A model generated the notes under the pieces. The model saw nothing but the letters and a program-made list of their open reading frames with translations, was not told the DNA's origin and ran no database searches. A program made the position numbers and the translations under genes. From the NCBI GenBank assembly GCA_002269645.1, contig NIVC01005014.1, positions 1-26,132 of the forward strand: DNA of 26,132 nt, read 5' to 3'. Numbering within the stretch: position 1 is the stretch's first letter; the number at the start of each line of letters is the position of its first letter. Of the stretch, positions 1 to 13,300 are shown piece by piece. This DNA is from Macrostomum lignano. Its lineage: Eukaryota.

Positions 1-1350
1 GGGTGAACCATCAGGGCTCGATTCTTGGGGTGAACCATCAGGGCTCGATTCTTGGGGTGAACCATCAGGGCTCGATTCTTGGGGTGAACCATCAGGGCTC
101 GATCTTGGGGTGAACCATCAGGGCTCGATTCTTGGGTGAACCATCAGGGCTCGATTCTTGGGTGAACCATCAGGGCTCGATTCTTTTGGGGTGAACCATC
201 AGGGCTCGATTCTTGGGTGAACCATCAGGGCTCGATTCTTGGGGGGTGAAACATCAGGGCTCGATTCTTGGGTGAACCATCAGGGCTCGATTCTTGGGGT
301 GAACCATCAGGGCTGTATCTCTAGGGTGAACATTCAGGGCTCGATTCTTGGGTGAACCATCAGGGCTCGATTCTTGGGGTGAACCATCAGGGCTCGATTC
401 TTGGGTGAACCATCAGGGCTCGATTCTTGGGGTGAACCATCCAGGTGGGCTCGATTCTTGGGTGAACATCAGCGGCTCGATTCTTGGGGTGAACCATCAG
501 GGCTCGATTTTAGGGTGAACCATTCAGGGCTCGATTCTTGGTGCTGAACCATCAGGCTCGATTCTTGGGGTGAACCATCAGGGCTCGATTCTTGGGGTGA
601 ACATCTAGGCGCTCGATTCTTGGGGTGAACCATTAGGGCTCGATTCTTGGGGTGAACCATCAGGGCTCGATTCTTGGGGTGAAACCATCAGGGCTCGATT
701 CTTAGGGTGAACCATAGGGCTCGATTCTTGGGTGAACCATCAGGGCTCGATTCTTGGGGTGAACCATCAGGCGCTCGATTCTTGGGGTGAACCATCAGGG
801 CTCGATTCTTAGGGTGAACCATCAGGGCTCGATTCTTGGGTGAACCATCAGGGCTCCGATTCTTGGGGTGAACCATCAGGGCTCGATTCTTGGGTGAACC
901 ATCAGACCTCGATTCACCATGGGCTGATTCGATTGATTGGTGTGAACATCAGGGCTCGATTCTTGGGTGAACCATCAGGCTCTCGATTCTTGGGTGAACC
1001 ATCAGGCGCTCGATTCTTGGTAGGTGAACCATTCAGGGCTCGATCTTGGGGTGAACCATCAGGGCTCGATTCTTGTGGGTGAACCATCAGGGCTCGATTC
1101 TTGGGGTGAACCATCAGGGCTCGATTCTTGGGGTGAACCATCAGGGCTCGATTCTTGGGGTGAACCATCAGGGCTCGATTCTTGGGGTGAACCATCAGGG
1201 CTCGATTCTTGGGTGAACCATCAGGGCTCGATTCTTGGGGTGAACCATCAGGGCTCGATTCTTGGGGTGAACCATCAGGGCTCGATTCTTGGGGTGAACC
1301 ATTCAGGGCTCGATTCTTGGGGTGAACCATCAGGGCTCGATTCTTGAGGG
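1..1350. other. Indel-rich, low-quality portion of array A (probable contig or read edge)
   Basis: Scattered, mostly non-recurrent 1-4 bp indels and a garbled patch at ~900-945 (atcagacctcgattcaccatgggctgattcgattgattgg). Error density falls to nearly zero after ~1350. Confidence 0.75.
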
Positions 1351-4300
1351 TGAACCATCAGGGCTCGATTCTTGGGTGAACCATCAGGGCTCGATTCTTG
1401 GGTGAACCATCAGGGCTCGATTCTTGGGTGAACCATCAGGGCTCGATTCTTGGGGTGAACCATCAGGGCTCGATTCTTGGGTGAACCATCAGGGCTCGAT
1501 TCTTGGGTGAACCATCAGGGCTCGATTCTTGGGTGAACCATCAGGGCTCGATTCTTGGGGTGAACCATCAGGGCTCGATTCTTGGGGTGAACCATCAGGG
1601 CTCGATTCTTGGGGTGAACCATCAGGGCTCGATTCTTGGGGTGAACCATCAGGGCTCGATTCTTAGGGTGAACCATCAGGGCTCGATTCTTGGGGTGAAC
1701 CATCAGGGCTCGATTCTTGGGGTGAACCATCAGGGCTCGATTCTTGGGGTGAACCATCAGGGCTCGATTCTTGGGTGAACCATCAGGGCTCGATTCTTGG
1801 GTGAACCATCAGGGCTCGATTCTTGGGGTGAACCATCAGGGCTCGATTCTTGGGTGAACCATCAGGGCTCGATTCTTGGGTGAACCATCAGGGCTCGATT
1901 CTTGGGGTGAACCATCAGGGCTCGATTCTTGGGGTGAACCATCAGGGCTCGATTCTTGGGTGAACCATCAGGGCTCGATTCTTGGGTGAACCATCAGGGC
2001 TCGATTCTTGGGTGAACCATCAGGGCTCGATTCTTGGGGTGAACCATCAGGGCTCGATTCTTGGGTGAACCATCAGGGCTCGATTCTTGGGTGAACCATC
2101 AGGGCTCGATTCTTGGGTGAACCATCAGGGCTCGATTCTTGGGTGAACCATCAGGGCTCGATTCTTGGGGTGAACCATCAGGGCTCGATTCTTGGGTGAA
2201 CCATCAGGGCTCGATTCTTGGGGTGAACCATCAGGGCTCGATTCTTGGGTGAACCATCAGGGCTCGATTCTTGGGGTGAACCATCAGGGCTCGATTCTTG
2301 GGGTGAACCATCAGGGCTCGATTCTTGGGGTGAACCATCAGGGCTCGATTCTTGGGTGAACCATCAGGGCTCGATTCTTGGGTGAACCATCAGGGCTCGA
2401 TTCTTGGGGTGAACCATCAGGGCTCGATTCTTGGGGTGAACCATCAGGGCTCGATTCTTGGGTGAACCATCAGGGCTCGATTCTTGGGTGAACCATCAGG
2501 GCTCGATTCTTGGGTGAACCATCAGGGCTCGATTCTTGGGTGAACCATCAGGGCTCGATTCTTGGGGTGAACCATCAGGGCTCGATTCTTGGGTGAACCA
2601 TCAGGGCTCGATTCTTGGGTGAACCATCAGGGCTCGATTCTTGGGTGAACCATCAGGGCTCGATTCTTGGGGTGAACCATCAGGGCTCGATTCTTGGGTG
2701 AACCATCAGGGCTCGATTCTTGGGTGAACCATCAGGGCTCGATTCTTGGGGTGAACCATCAGGGCTCGATTCTTGGGTGAACCATCAGGGCTCGATTCTT
2801 GGGTGAACCATCAGGGCTCGATTCTTGGGTGAACCATCAGGGCTCGATTCTTGGGGTGAACCATCAGGGCTCGATTCTTGGGGTGAACCATCAGGGCTCG
2901 ATTCTTGGGGTGAACCATCAGGGCTCGATTCTTGGGGTGAACCATCAGGGCTCGATTCTTGGGTGAACCATCAGGGCTCGATTCTTGGGTGAACCATCAG
3001 GGCTCGATTCTTGGGTGAACCATCAGGGCTCGATTCTTGGGTGAACCATCAGGGCTCGATTCTTGGGTGAACCATCAGGGCTCGATTCTTGGGTGAACCA
3101 TCAGGGCTCGATTCTTGGGTGAACCATCAGGGCTCGATTCTTGGGGTGAACCATCAGGGCTCGATTCTTGGGGTGAACCATCAGGGCTCGATTCTTGGGG
3201 TGAACCATCAGGGCTCGATTCTTGGGTGAACCATCAGGGCTCGATTCTTGGGTGAACCATCAGGGCTCGATTCTTGGGTGAACCATCAGGGCTCGATTCT
3301 TGGGTGAACCATCAGGGCTCGATTCTTGGGTGAACCATCAGGGCTCGATTCTTGGGTGAACCATCAGGGCTCGATTCTTGGGTGAACCATCAGGGCTCGA
3401 TTCTTGGGTGAACCATCAGGGCTCGATTCTTGGGGTGAACCATCAGGGCTCGATTCTTGGGTGAACCATCAGGGCTCGATTCTTGGGTGAACCATCAGGG
3501 CTCGATTCTTGGGTGAACCATCAGGGCTCGATTCTTGGGTGAACCATCAGGGCTCGATTCTTGGGGTGAACCATCAGGGCTCGATTCTTGGGTGAACCAT
3601 CAGGGCTCGATTCTTGGGGTGAACCATCAGGGCTCGATTCTTGGGTGAACCATCAGGGCTCGATTCTTGGGGTGAACCATCAGGGCTCGATTCTTGGGTG
3701 AACCATCAGGGCTCGATTCTTGGGTGAACCATCAGGGCTCGATTCTTGGGTGAACCATCAGGGCTCGATTCTTGGGTGAACCATCAGGGCTCGATTCTTG
3801 GGTGAACCATCAGGGCTCGATTCTTGGGTGAACCATCAGGGCTCGATTCTTGGGTGAACCATCAGGGCTCGATTCTTGGGTGAACCATCAGGGCTCGATT
3901 CTTGGGTGAACCATCAGGGCTCGATTCTTGGGTGAACCATCAGGGCTCGATTCTTGGGTGAACCATCAGGGCTCGATTCTTGGGTGAACCATCAGGGCTC
4001 GATTCTTGGGGTGAACCATCAGGGCTCGATTCTTGGGGTGAACCATCAGGGCTCGATTCTTGGGTGAACCATCAGGGCTCGATTCTTGGGTGAACCATCA
4101 GGGCTCGATTCTTGGGTGAACCATCAGGGCTCGATTCTTGGGTGAACCATCAGGGCTCGATTCTTGGGTGAACCATCAGGGCTCGATTCTTGGGTGAACC
4201 ATCAGGGCTCGATTCTTGGGTGAACCATCAGGGCTCGATTCTTGGGTGAACCATCAGGGCTCGATTCTTGGGTGAACCATCAGGGCTCGATTCTTGGGTG

Positions 4301-7300
4301 AACCATCAGGGCTCGATTCTTGGGTGAACCATCAGGGCTCGATTCTTGGGTGAACCATCAGGGCTCGATTCTTGGGTGAACCATCAGGGCTCGATTCTTG
4401 GGTGAACCATCAGGGCTCGATTCTTGGGTGAACCATCAGGGCTCGATTCTTGGGTGAACCATCAGGGCTCGATTCTTGGGTGAACCATCAGGGCTCGATT
4501 CTTGGGTGAACCATCAGGGCTCGATTCTTGGGTGAACCATCAGGGCTCGATTCTTGGGTGAACCATCAGGGCTCGATTCTTGGGTGAACCATCAGGGCTC
4601 GATTCTTGGGTGAACCATCAGGGCTCGATTCTTGGGTGAACCATCAGGGCTCGATTCTTGGGGTGAACCATCAGGGCTCGATTCTTGGGTGAACCATCAG
4701 GGCTCGATTCTTGGGTGAACCATCAGGGCTCGATTCTTGGGTGAACCATCAGGGCTCGATTCTTGGGTGAACCATCAGGGCTCGATTCTTGGGTGAACCA
4801 TCAGGGCTCGATTCTTGGGTGAACCATCAGGGCTCGATTCTTGGGTGAACCATCAGGGCTCGATTCTTGGGTGAACCATCAGGGCTCGATTCTTGGGTGA
4901 ACCATCAGGGCTCGATTCTTGGGTGAACCATCAGGGCTCGATTCTTGGGTGAACCATCAGGGCTCGATTCTTGGGTGAACCATCAGGGCTCGATTCTTGG
5001 GTGAACCATCAGGGCTCGATTCTTGGGTGAACCATCAGGGCTCGATTCTTGGGTGAACCATCAGGGCTCGATTCTTGGGTGAACCATCAGGGCTCGATTC
5101 TTGGGTGAACCATCAGGGCTCGATTCTTGGGTGAACCATCAGGGCTCGATTCTTGGGTGAACCATCAGGGCTCGATTCTTGGGTGAACCATCAGGGCTCG
5201 ATTCTTGGGTGAACCATCAGGGCTCGATTCTTGGGTGAACCATCAGGGCTCGATTCTTGGGTGAACCATCAGGGCTCGATTCTTGGGTGAACCATCAGGG
5301 CTCGATTCTTGGGTGAACCATCAGGGCTCGATTCTTGGGTGAACCATCAGGGCTCGATTCTTGGGTGAACCATCAGGGCTCGATTCTTGGGTGAACCATC
5401 AGGGCTCGATTCTTGGGTGAACCATCAGGGCTCGATTCTTGGGTGAACCATCAGGGCTCGATTCTTGGGTGAACCATCAGGGCTCGATTCTTGGGTGAAC
5501 CATCAGGGCTCGATTCTTGGGTGAACCATCAGGGCTCGATTCTTGGGTGAACCATCAGGGCTCGATTCTTGGGTGAACCATCAGGGCTCGATTCTTGGGT
5601 GAACCATCAGGGCTCGATTCTTGGGTGAACCATCAGGGCTCGATTCTTGGGTGAACCATCAGGGCTCGATTCTTGGGTGAACCATCAGGGCTCGATTCTT
5701 GGGTGAACCATCAGGGCTCGATTCTTGGGTGAACCATCAGGGCTCGATTCTTGGGTGAACCATCAGGGCTCGATTCTTGGGTGAACCATCAGGGCTCGAT
5801 TCTTGGGGTGAACCATCAGGGCTCGATTCTTGGGTGAACCATCAGGGCTCGATTCTTGGGTGAACCATCAGGGCTCGATTCTTGGGTGAACCATCAGGGC
5901 TCGATTCTTGGGTGAACCATCAGGGCTCGATTCTTGGGTGAACCATCAGGGCTCGATTCTTGGGGTGAACCATCAGGGCTCGATTCTTGGGTGAACCATC
6001 AGGGCTCGATTCTTGGGTGAACCATCAGGGCTCGATTCTTGGGTGAACCATCAGGGCTCGATTCTTGGGGTGAACCATCAGGGCTCGATTCTTGGGTGAA
6101 CCATCAGGGCTCGATTCTTGGGTGAACCATCAGGGCTCGATTCTTGGGTGAACCATCAGGGCTCGATTCTTGGGTGAACCATCAGGGCTCGATTCTTGGG
6201 TGAACCATCAGGGCTCGATTCTTGGGGTGAACCATCAGGGCTCGATTCTTGGGTGAACCATCAGGGCTCGATTCTTGGGTGAACCATCAGGGCTCGATTC
6301 TTGGGTGAACCATCAGGGCTCGATTCTTGGGTGAACCATCAGGGCTCGATTCTTGGGGTGAACCATCAGGGCTCGATTCTTGGGTGAACCATCAGGGCTC
6401 GATTCTTGGGTGAACCATCAGGGCTCGATTCTTGGGGTGAACCATCAGGGCTCGATTCTTGGGTGAACCATCAGGGCTCGATTCTTGGGTGAACCATCAG
6501 GGCTCGATTCTTGGGGTGAACCATCAGGGCTCGATTCTTGGGGTGAACCATCAGGGCTCGATTCTTGGGTGAACCATCAGGGCTCGATTCTTGGGTGAAC
6601 CATCAGGGCTCGATTCTTGGGTGAACCATCAGGGCTCGATTCTTGGGTGAACCATCAGGGCTCGATTCTTGGGTGAACCATCAGGGCTCGATTCTTGGGG
6701 TGAACCATCAGGGCTCGATTCTTGGGTGAACCATCAGGGCTCGATTCTTGGGGTGAACCATCAGGGCTCGATTCTTGGGTGAACCATCAGGGCTCGATTC
6801 TTGGGTGAACCATCAGGGCTCGATTCTTGGGTGAACCATCAGGGCTCGATTCTTGGGTGAACCATCAGGGCTCGATTCTTGGGTGAACCATCAGGGCTCG
6901 ATTCTTGGGTGAACCATCAGGGCTCGATTCTTGGGTGAACCATCAGGGCTCGATTCTTGGGTGAACCATCAGGGCTCGATTCTTGGGTGAACCATCAGGG
7001 CTCGATTCTTGGGTGAACCATCAGGGCTCGATTCTTGGGTGAACCATCAGGGCTCGATTCTTGGGTGAACCATCAGGGCTCGATTCTTGGGTGAACCATC
7101 AGGGCTCGATTCTTGGGGTGAACCATCAGGGCTCGATTCTTGGGTGAACCATCAGGGCTCGATTCTTGGGTGAACCATCAGGGCTCGATTCTTGGGTGAA
7201 CCATCAGGGCTCGATTCTTGGGTGAACCATCAGGGCTCGATTCTTGGGTGAACCATCAGGGCTCGATTCTTGGGTGAACCATCAGGGCTCGATTCTTGGG

Positions 7301-10300
7301 TGAACCATCAGGGCTCGATTCTTGGGTGAACCATCAGGGCTCGATTCTTGGGTGAACCATCAGGGCTCGATTCTTGGGTGAACCATCAGGGCTCGATTCT
7401 TGGGGTGAACCATCAGGGCTCGATTCTTGGGTGAACCATCAGGGCTCGATTCTTGGGTGAACCATCAGGGCTCGATTCTTGGGGTGAACCATCAGGGCTC
7501 GATTCTTGGGTGAACCATCAGGGCTCGATTCTTGGGTGAACCATCAGGGCTCGATTCTTGGGTGAACCATCAGGGCTCGATTCTTGGGTGAACCATCAGG
7601 GCTCGATTCTTGGGGTGAACCATCAGGGCTCGATTCTTGGGGTGAACCATCAGGGCTCGATTCTTGGGTGAACCATCAGGGCTCGATTCTTGGGTGAACC
7701 ATCAGGGCTCGATTCTTGGGTGAACCATCAGGGCTCGATTCTTGGGTGAACCATCAGGGCTCGATTCTTGGGTGAACCATCAGGGCTCGATTCTTGGGTG
7801 AACCATCAGGGCTCGATTCTTGGGTGAACCATCAGGGCTCGATTCTTGGGTGAACCATCAGGGCTCGATTCTTGGGTGAACCATCAGGGCTCGATTCTTG
7901 GGTGAACCATCAGGGCTCGATTCTTGGGTGAACCATCAGGGCTCGATTCTTGGGTGAACCATCAGGGCTCGATTCTTGGGTGAACCATCAGGGCTCGATT
8001 CTTGGGTGAACCATCAGGGCTCGATTCTTGGGTGAACCATCAGGGCTCGATTCTTGGGTGAACCATCAGGGCTCGATTCTTGGGTGAACCATCAGGGCTC
8101 GATTCTTGGGTGAACCATCAGGGCTCGATTCTTGGGGTGAACCATCAGGGCTCGATTCTTGGGGTGAACCATCAGGGCTCGATTCTTGGGTGAACCATCA
8201 GGGCTCGATTCTTGGGTGAACCATCAGGGCTCGATTCTTGGGTGAACCATCAGGGCTCGATTCTTGGGTGAACCATCAGGGCTCGATTCTTGGGGTGAAC
8301 CATCAGGGCTCGATTCTTGGGTGAACCATCAGGGCTCGATTCTTGGGTGAACCATCAGGGCTCGATTCTTGGGGTGAACCATCAGGGCTCGATTCTTGGG
8401 TGAACCATCAGGGCTCGATTCTTGGGTGAACCATCAGGGCTCGATTCTTGGGTGAACCATCAGGGCTCGATTCTTGGGGTGAACCATCAGGGCTCGATTC
8501 TTGGGTGAACCATCAGGGCTCGATTCTTGGGTGAACCATCAGGGCTCGATTCTTGGGGTGAACCATCAGGGCTCGATTCTTGGGTGAACCATCAGGGCTC
8601 GATTCTTGGGTGAACCATCAGGGCTCGATTCTTGGGTGAACCATCAGGGCTCGATTCTTGGGTGAACCATCAGGGCTCGATTCTTGGGTGAACCATCAGG
8701 GCTCGATTCTTGGGTGAACCATCAGGGCTCGATTCTTGGGTGAACCATCAGGGCTCGATTCTTGGGTGAACCATCAGGGCTCGATTCTTGGGTGAACCAT
8801 CAGGGCTCGATTCTTGGGTGAACCATCAGGGCTCGATTCTTGGGTGAACCATCAGGGCTCGATTCTTGGGTGAACCATCAGGGCTCGATTCTTGGGTGAA
8901 CCATCAGGGCTCGATTCTTGGGGTGAACCATCAGGGCTCGATTCTTGGGTGAACCATCAGGGCTCGATTCTTGGGTGAACCATCAGGGCTCGATTCTTGG
9001 GGTGAACCATCAGGGCTCGATTCTTGGGTGAACCATCAGGGCTCGATTCTTGGGGTGAACCATCAGGGCTCGATTCTTGGGTGAACCATCAGGGCTCGAT
9101 TCTTGGGTGAACCATCAGGGCTCGATTCTTGGGTGAACCATCAGGGCTCGATTCTTGGGTGAACCATCAGGGCTCGATTCTTGGGTGAACCATCAGGGCT
9201 CGATTCTTGGGGTGAACCATCAGGGCTCGATTCTTGGGGTGAACCATCAGGGCTCGATTCTTGGGTGAACCATCAGGGCTCGATTCTTGGGTGAACCATC
9301 AGGGCTCGATTCTTGGGTGAACCATCAGGGCTCGATTCTTGGGGTGAACCATCAGGGCTCGATTCTTGGGGTGAACCATCAGGGCTCGATTCTTGGGGTG
9401 AACCATCAGGGCTCGATTCTTGGGTGAACCATCAGGGCTCGATTCTTGGGTGAACCATCAGGGCTCGATTCTTGGGTGAACCATCAGGGCTCGATTCTTG
9501 GGTGAACCATCAGGGCTCGATTCTTGGGGTGAACCATCAGGGCTCGATTCTTGGGTGAACCATCAGGGCTCGATTCTTGGGTGAACCATCAGGGCTCGAT
9601 TCTTGGGTGAACCATCAGGGCTCGATTCTTGGGTGAACCATCAGGGCTCGATTCTTGGGTGAACCATCAGGGCTCGATTCTTGGGTGAACCATCAGGGCT
9701 CGATTCTTGGGTGAACCATCAGGGCTCGATTCTTGGGGTGAACCATCAGGGCTCGATTCTTGGGTGAACCATCAGGGCTCGATTCTTGGGTGAACCATCA
9801 GGGCTCGATTCTTGGGTGAACCATCAGGGCTCGATTCTTGGGGTGAACCATCAGGGCTCGATTCTTGGGTGAACCATCAGGGCTCGATTCTTGGGTGAAC
9901 CATCAGGGCTCGATTCTTGGGGTGAACCATCAGGGCTCGATTCTTGGGGTGAACCATCAGGGCTCGATTCTTGGGTGAACCATCAGGGCTCGATTCTTGG
10001 GGTGAACCATCAGGGCTCGATTCTTGGGGTGAACCATCAGGGCTCGATTCTTGGGGTGAACCATCAGGGCTCGATTCTTGGGTGAACCATCAGGGCTCGA
10101 TTCTTGGGTGAACCATCAGGGCTCGATTCTTGGGTGAACCATCAGGGCTCGATTCTTGGGTGAACCATCAGGGCTCGATTCTTGGGGTGAACCATCAGGG
10201 CTCGATTCTTGGGTGAACCATCAGGGCTCGATTCTTGGGTGAACCATCAGGGCTCGATTCTTGGGGTGAACCATCAGGGCTCGATTCTTGGGTGAACCAT

Positions 10301-13300
10301 CAGGGCTCGATTCTTGGGTGAACCATCAGGGCTCGATTCTTGGGGTGAACCATCAGGGCTCGATTCTTGGGTGAACCATCAGGGCTCGATTCTTGGGTGA
10401 ACCATCAGGGCTCGATTCTTGGGGTGAACCATCAGGGCTCGATTCTTGGGTGAACCATCAGGGCTCGATTCTTGGGGTGAACCATCAGGGCTCGATTCTT
10501 GGGGTGAACCATCAGGGCTCGATTCTTGGGGTGAACCATCAGGGCTCGATTCTTGGGGTGAACCATCAGGGCTCGATTCTTGGGTGAACCATCAGGGCTC
10601 GATTCTTGGGGTGAACCATCAGGGCTCGATTCTTGGGTGAACCATCAGGGCTCGATTCTTGGGTGAACCATCAGGGCTCGATTCTTGGGTGAACCATCAG
10701 GGCTCGATTCTTGGGTGAACCATCAGGGCTCGATTCTTGGGTGAACCATCAGGGCTCGATTCTTGGGGTGAACCATCAGGGCTCGATTCTTGGGTGAACC
10801 ATCAGGGCTCGATTCTTGGGGTGAACCATCAGGGCTCGATTCTTGGGGTGAACCATCAGGGCTCGATTCTTGGGTGAACCATCAGGGCTCGATTCTTGGG
10901 TGAACCATCAGGGCTCGATTCTTGGGGTGAACCATCAGGGCTCGATTCTTGGGTGAACCATCAGGGCTCGATTCTTGGGTGAACCATCAGGGCTCGATTC
11001 TTGGGTGAACCATCAGGGCTCGATTCTTGGGGTGAACCATCAGGGCTCGATTCTTGGGTGAACCATCAGGGCTCGATTCTTGGGTGAACCATCAGGGCTC
11101 GATTCTTGGGTGAACCATCAGGGCTCGATTCTTGGGTGAACCATCAGGGCTCGATTCTTGGGTGAACCATCAGGGCTCGATTCTTGGGGTGAACCATCAG
11201 GGCTCGATTCTTGGGTGAACCATCAGGGCTCGATTCTTGGGGTGAACCATCAGGGCTCGATTCTTGGGTGAACCATCAGGGCTCGATTCTTGGGTGAACC
11301 ATCAGGGCTCGATTCTTGGGTGAACCATCAGGGCTCGATTCTTGGGGTGAACCATCAGGGCTCGATTCTTGGGTGAACCATCAGGGCTCGATTCTTGGGT
11401 GAACCATCAGGGCTCGATTCTTGGGTGAACCATCAGGGCTCGATTCTTGGGGTGAACCATCAGGGCTCGATTCTTGGGGTGAACCATCAGGGCTCGATTC
11501 TTGGGTGAACCATCAGGGCTCGATTCTTGGGGTGAACCATCAGGGCTCGATTCTTGGGGTGAACCATCAGGGCTCGATTCTTGGGTGAACCATCAGGGCT
11601 CGATTCTTGGGTGAACCATCAGGGCTCGATTCTTGGGTGAACCATCAGGGCTCGATTCTTGGGTGAACCATCAGGGCTCGATTCTTGGGTGAACCATCAG
11701 GGCTCGATTCTTGGGTGAACCATCAGGGCTCGATTCTTGGGTGAACCATCAGGGCTCGATTCTTGGGTGAACCATCAGGGCTCGATTCTTGGGGTGAACC
11801 ATCAGGGCTCGATTCTTGGGTGAACCATCAGGGCTCGATTCTTGGGTGAACCATCAGGGCTCGATTCTTGGGTGAACCATCAGGGCTCGATTCTTGGGTG
11901 AACCATCAGGGCTCGATTCTTGGGGTGAACCATCAGGGCTCGATTCTTGGGTGAACCATCAGGGCTCGATTCTTGGGTGAACCATCAGGGCTCGATTCTT
12001 GGGGTGAACCATCAGGGCTCGATTCTTGGGTGAACCATCAGGGCTCGATTCTTGGGTGAACCATCAGGGCTCGATTCTTGGGTGAACCATCAGGGCTCGA
12101 TTCTTGGGGTGAACCATCAGGGCTCGATTCTTGGGTGAACCATCAGGGCTCGATTCTTGGGTGAACCATCAGGGCTCGATTCTTGGGGTGAACCATCAGG
12201 GCTCGATTCTTGGGGTGAACCATCAGGGCTCGATTCTTGGGGTGAACCATCAGGGCTCGATTCTTGGGTGAACCATCAGGGCTCGATTCTTGGGTGAACC
12301 ATCAGGGCTCGATTCTTGGGTGAACCATCAGGGCTCGATTCTTGGGGTGAACCATCAGGGCTCGATTCTTGGGGTGAACCATCAGGGCTCGATTCTTGGG
12401 TGAACCATCAGGGCTCGATTCTTGGGGTGAACCATCAGGGCTCGATTCTTGGGTGAACCATCAGGGCTCGATTCTTGGGGTGAACCATCAGGGCTCGATT
12501 CTTGGGGTGAACCATCAGGGCTCGATTCTTGGGGTGAACCATCAGGGCTCGATTCTTGGGGTGAACCATCAGGGCTCGATTCTTGGGTGAACCATCAGGG
12601 CTCGATTCTTGGGGTGAACCATCAGGGCTCGATTCTTGGGGTGAACCATCAGGGCTCGATTCTTGGGTGAACCATCAGGGCTCGATTCTTGGGTGAACCA
12701 TCAGGGCTCGATTCTTGGGGTGAACCATCAGGGCTCGATTCTTGGGGTGAACCATCAGGGCTCGATTCTTGGGGTGAACCATCAGGGCTCGATTCTTGGG
12801 GTGAACCATCAGGGCTCGATTCTTGGGGTGAACCATCAGGGCTCGATTCTTGGGGTGAACCATCAGGGCTCGATTCTTGGGTGAACCATCAGGGCTCGAT
12901 TCTTGGGGTGAACCATCAGGGCTCGATTCTTGGGGTGAACCATCAGGGCTCGATTCTTGGGTGAACCATCAGGGCTCGATTCTTGGGTGAACCATCAGGG
13001 CTCGATTCTTGGGGTGAACCATCAGGGCTCGATTCTTGGGGTGAACCATCAGGGCTCGATTCTTGGGGTGAACCATCAGGGCTCGATTCTTGGGTGAACC
13101 ATCAGGGCTCGATTCTTGGGTGAACCATCAGGGCTCGATTCTTGGGGTGAACCATCAGGGCTCGATTCTTGGGGTGAACCATCAGGGCTCGATTCTTGGG
13201 GTGAACCATCAGGGCTCGATTCTTGGGGTGAACCATCAGGGCTCGATTCTTGGGGTGAACCATCAGGGCTCGATTCTTGGGTGAACCATCAGGGCTCGAT

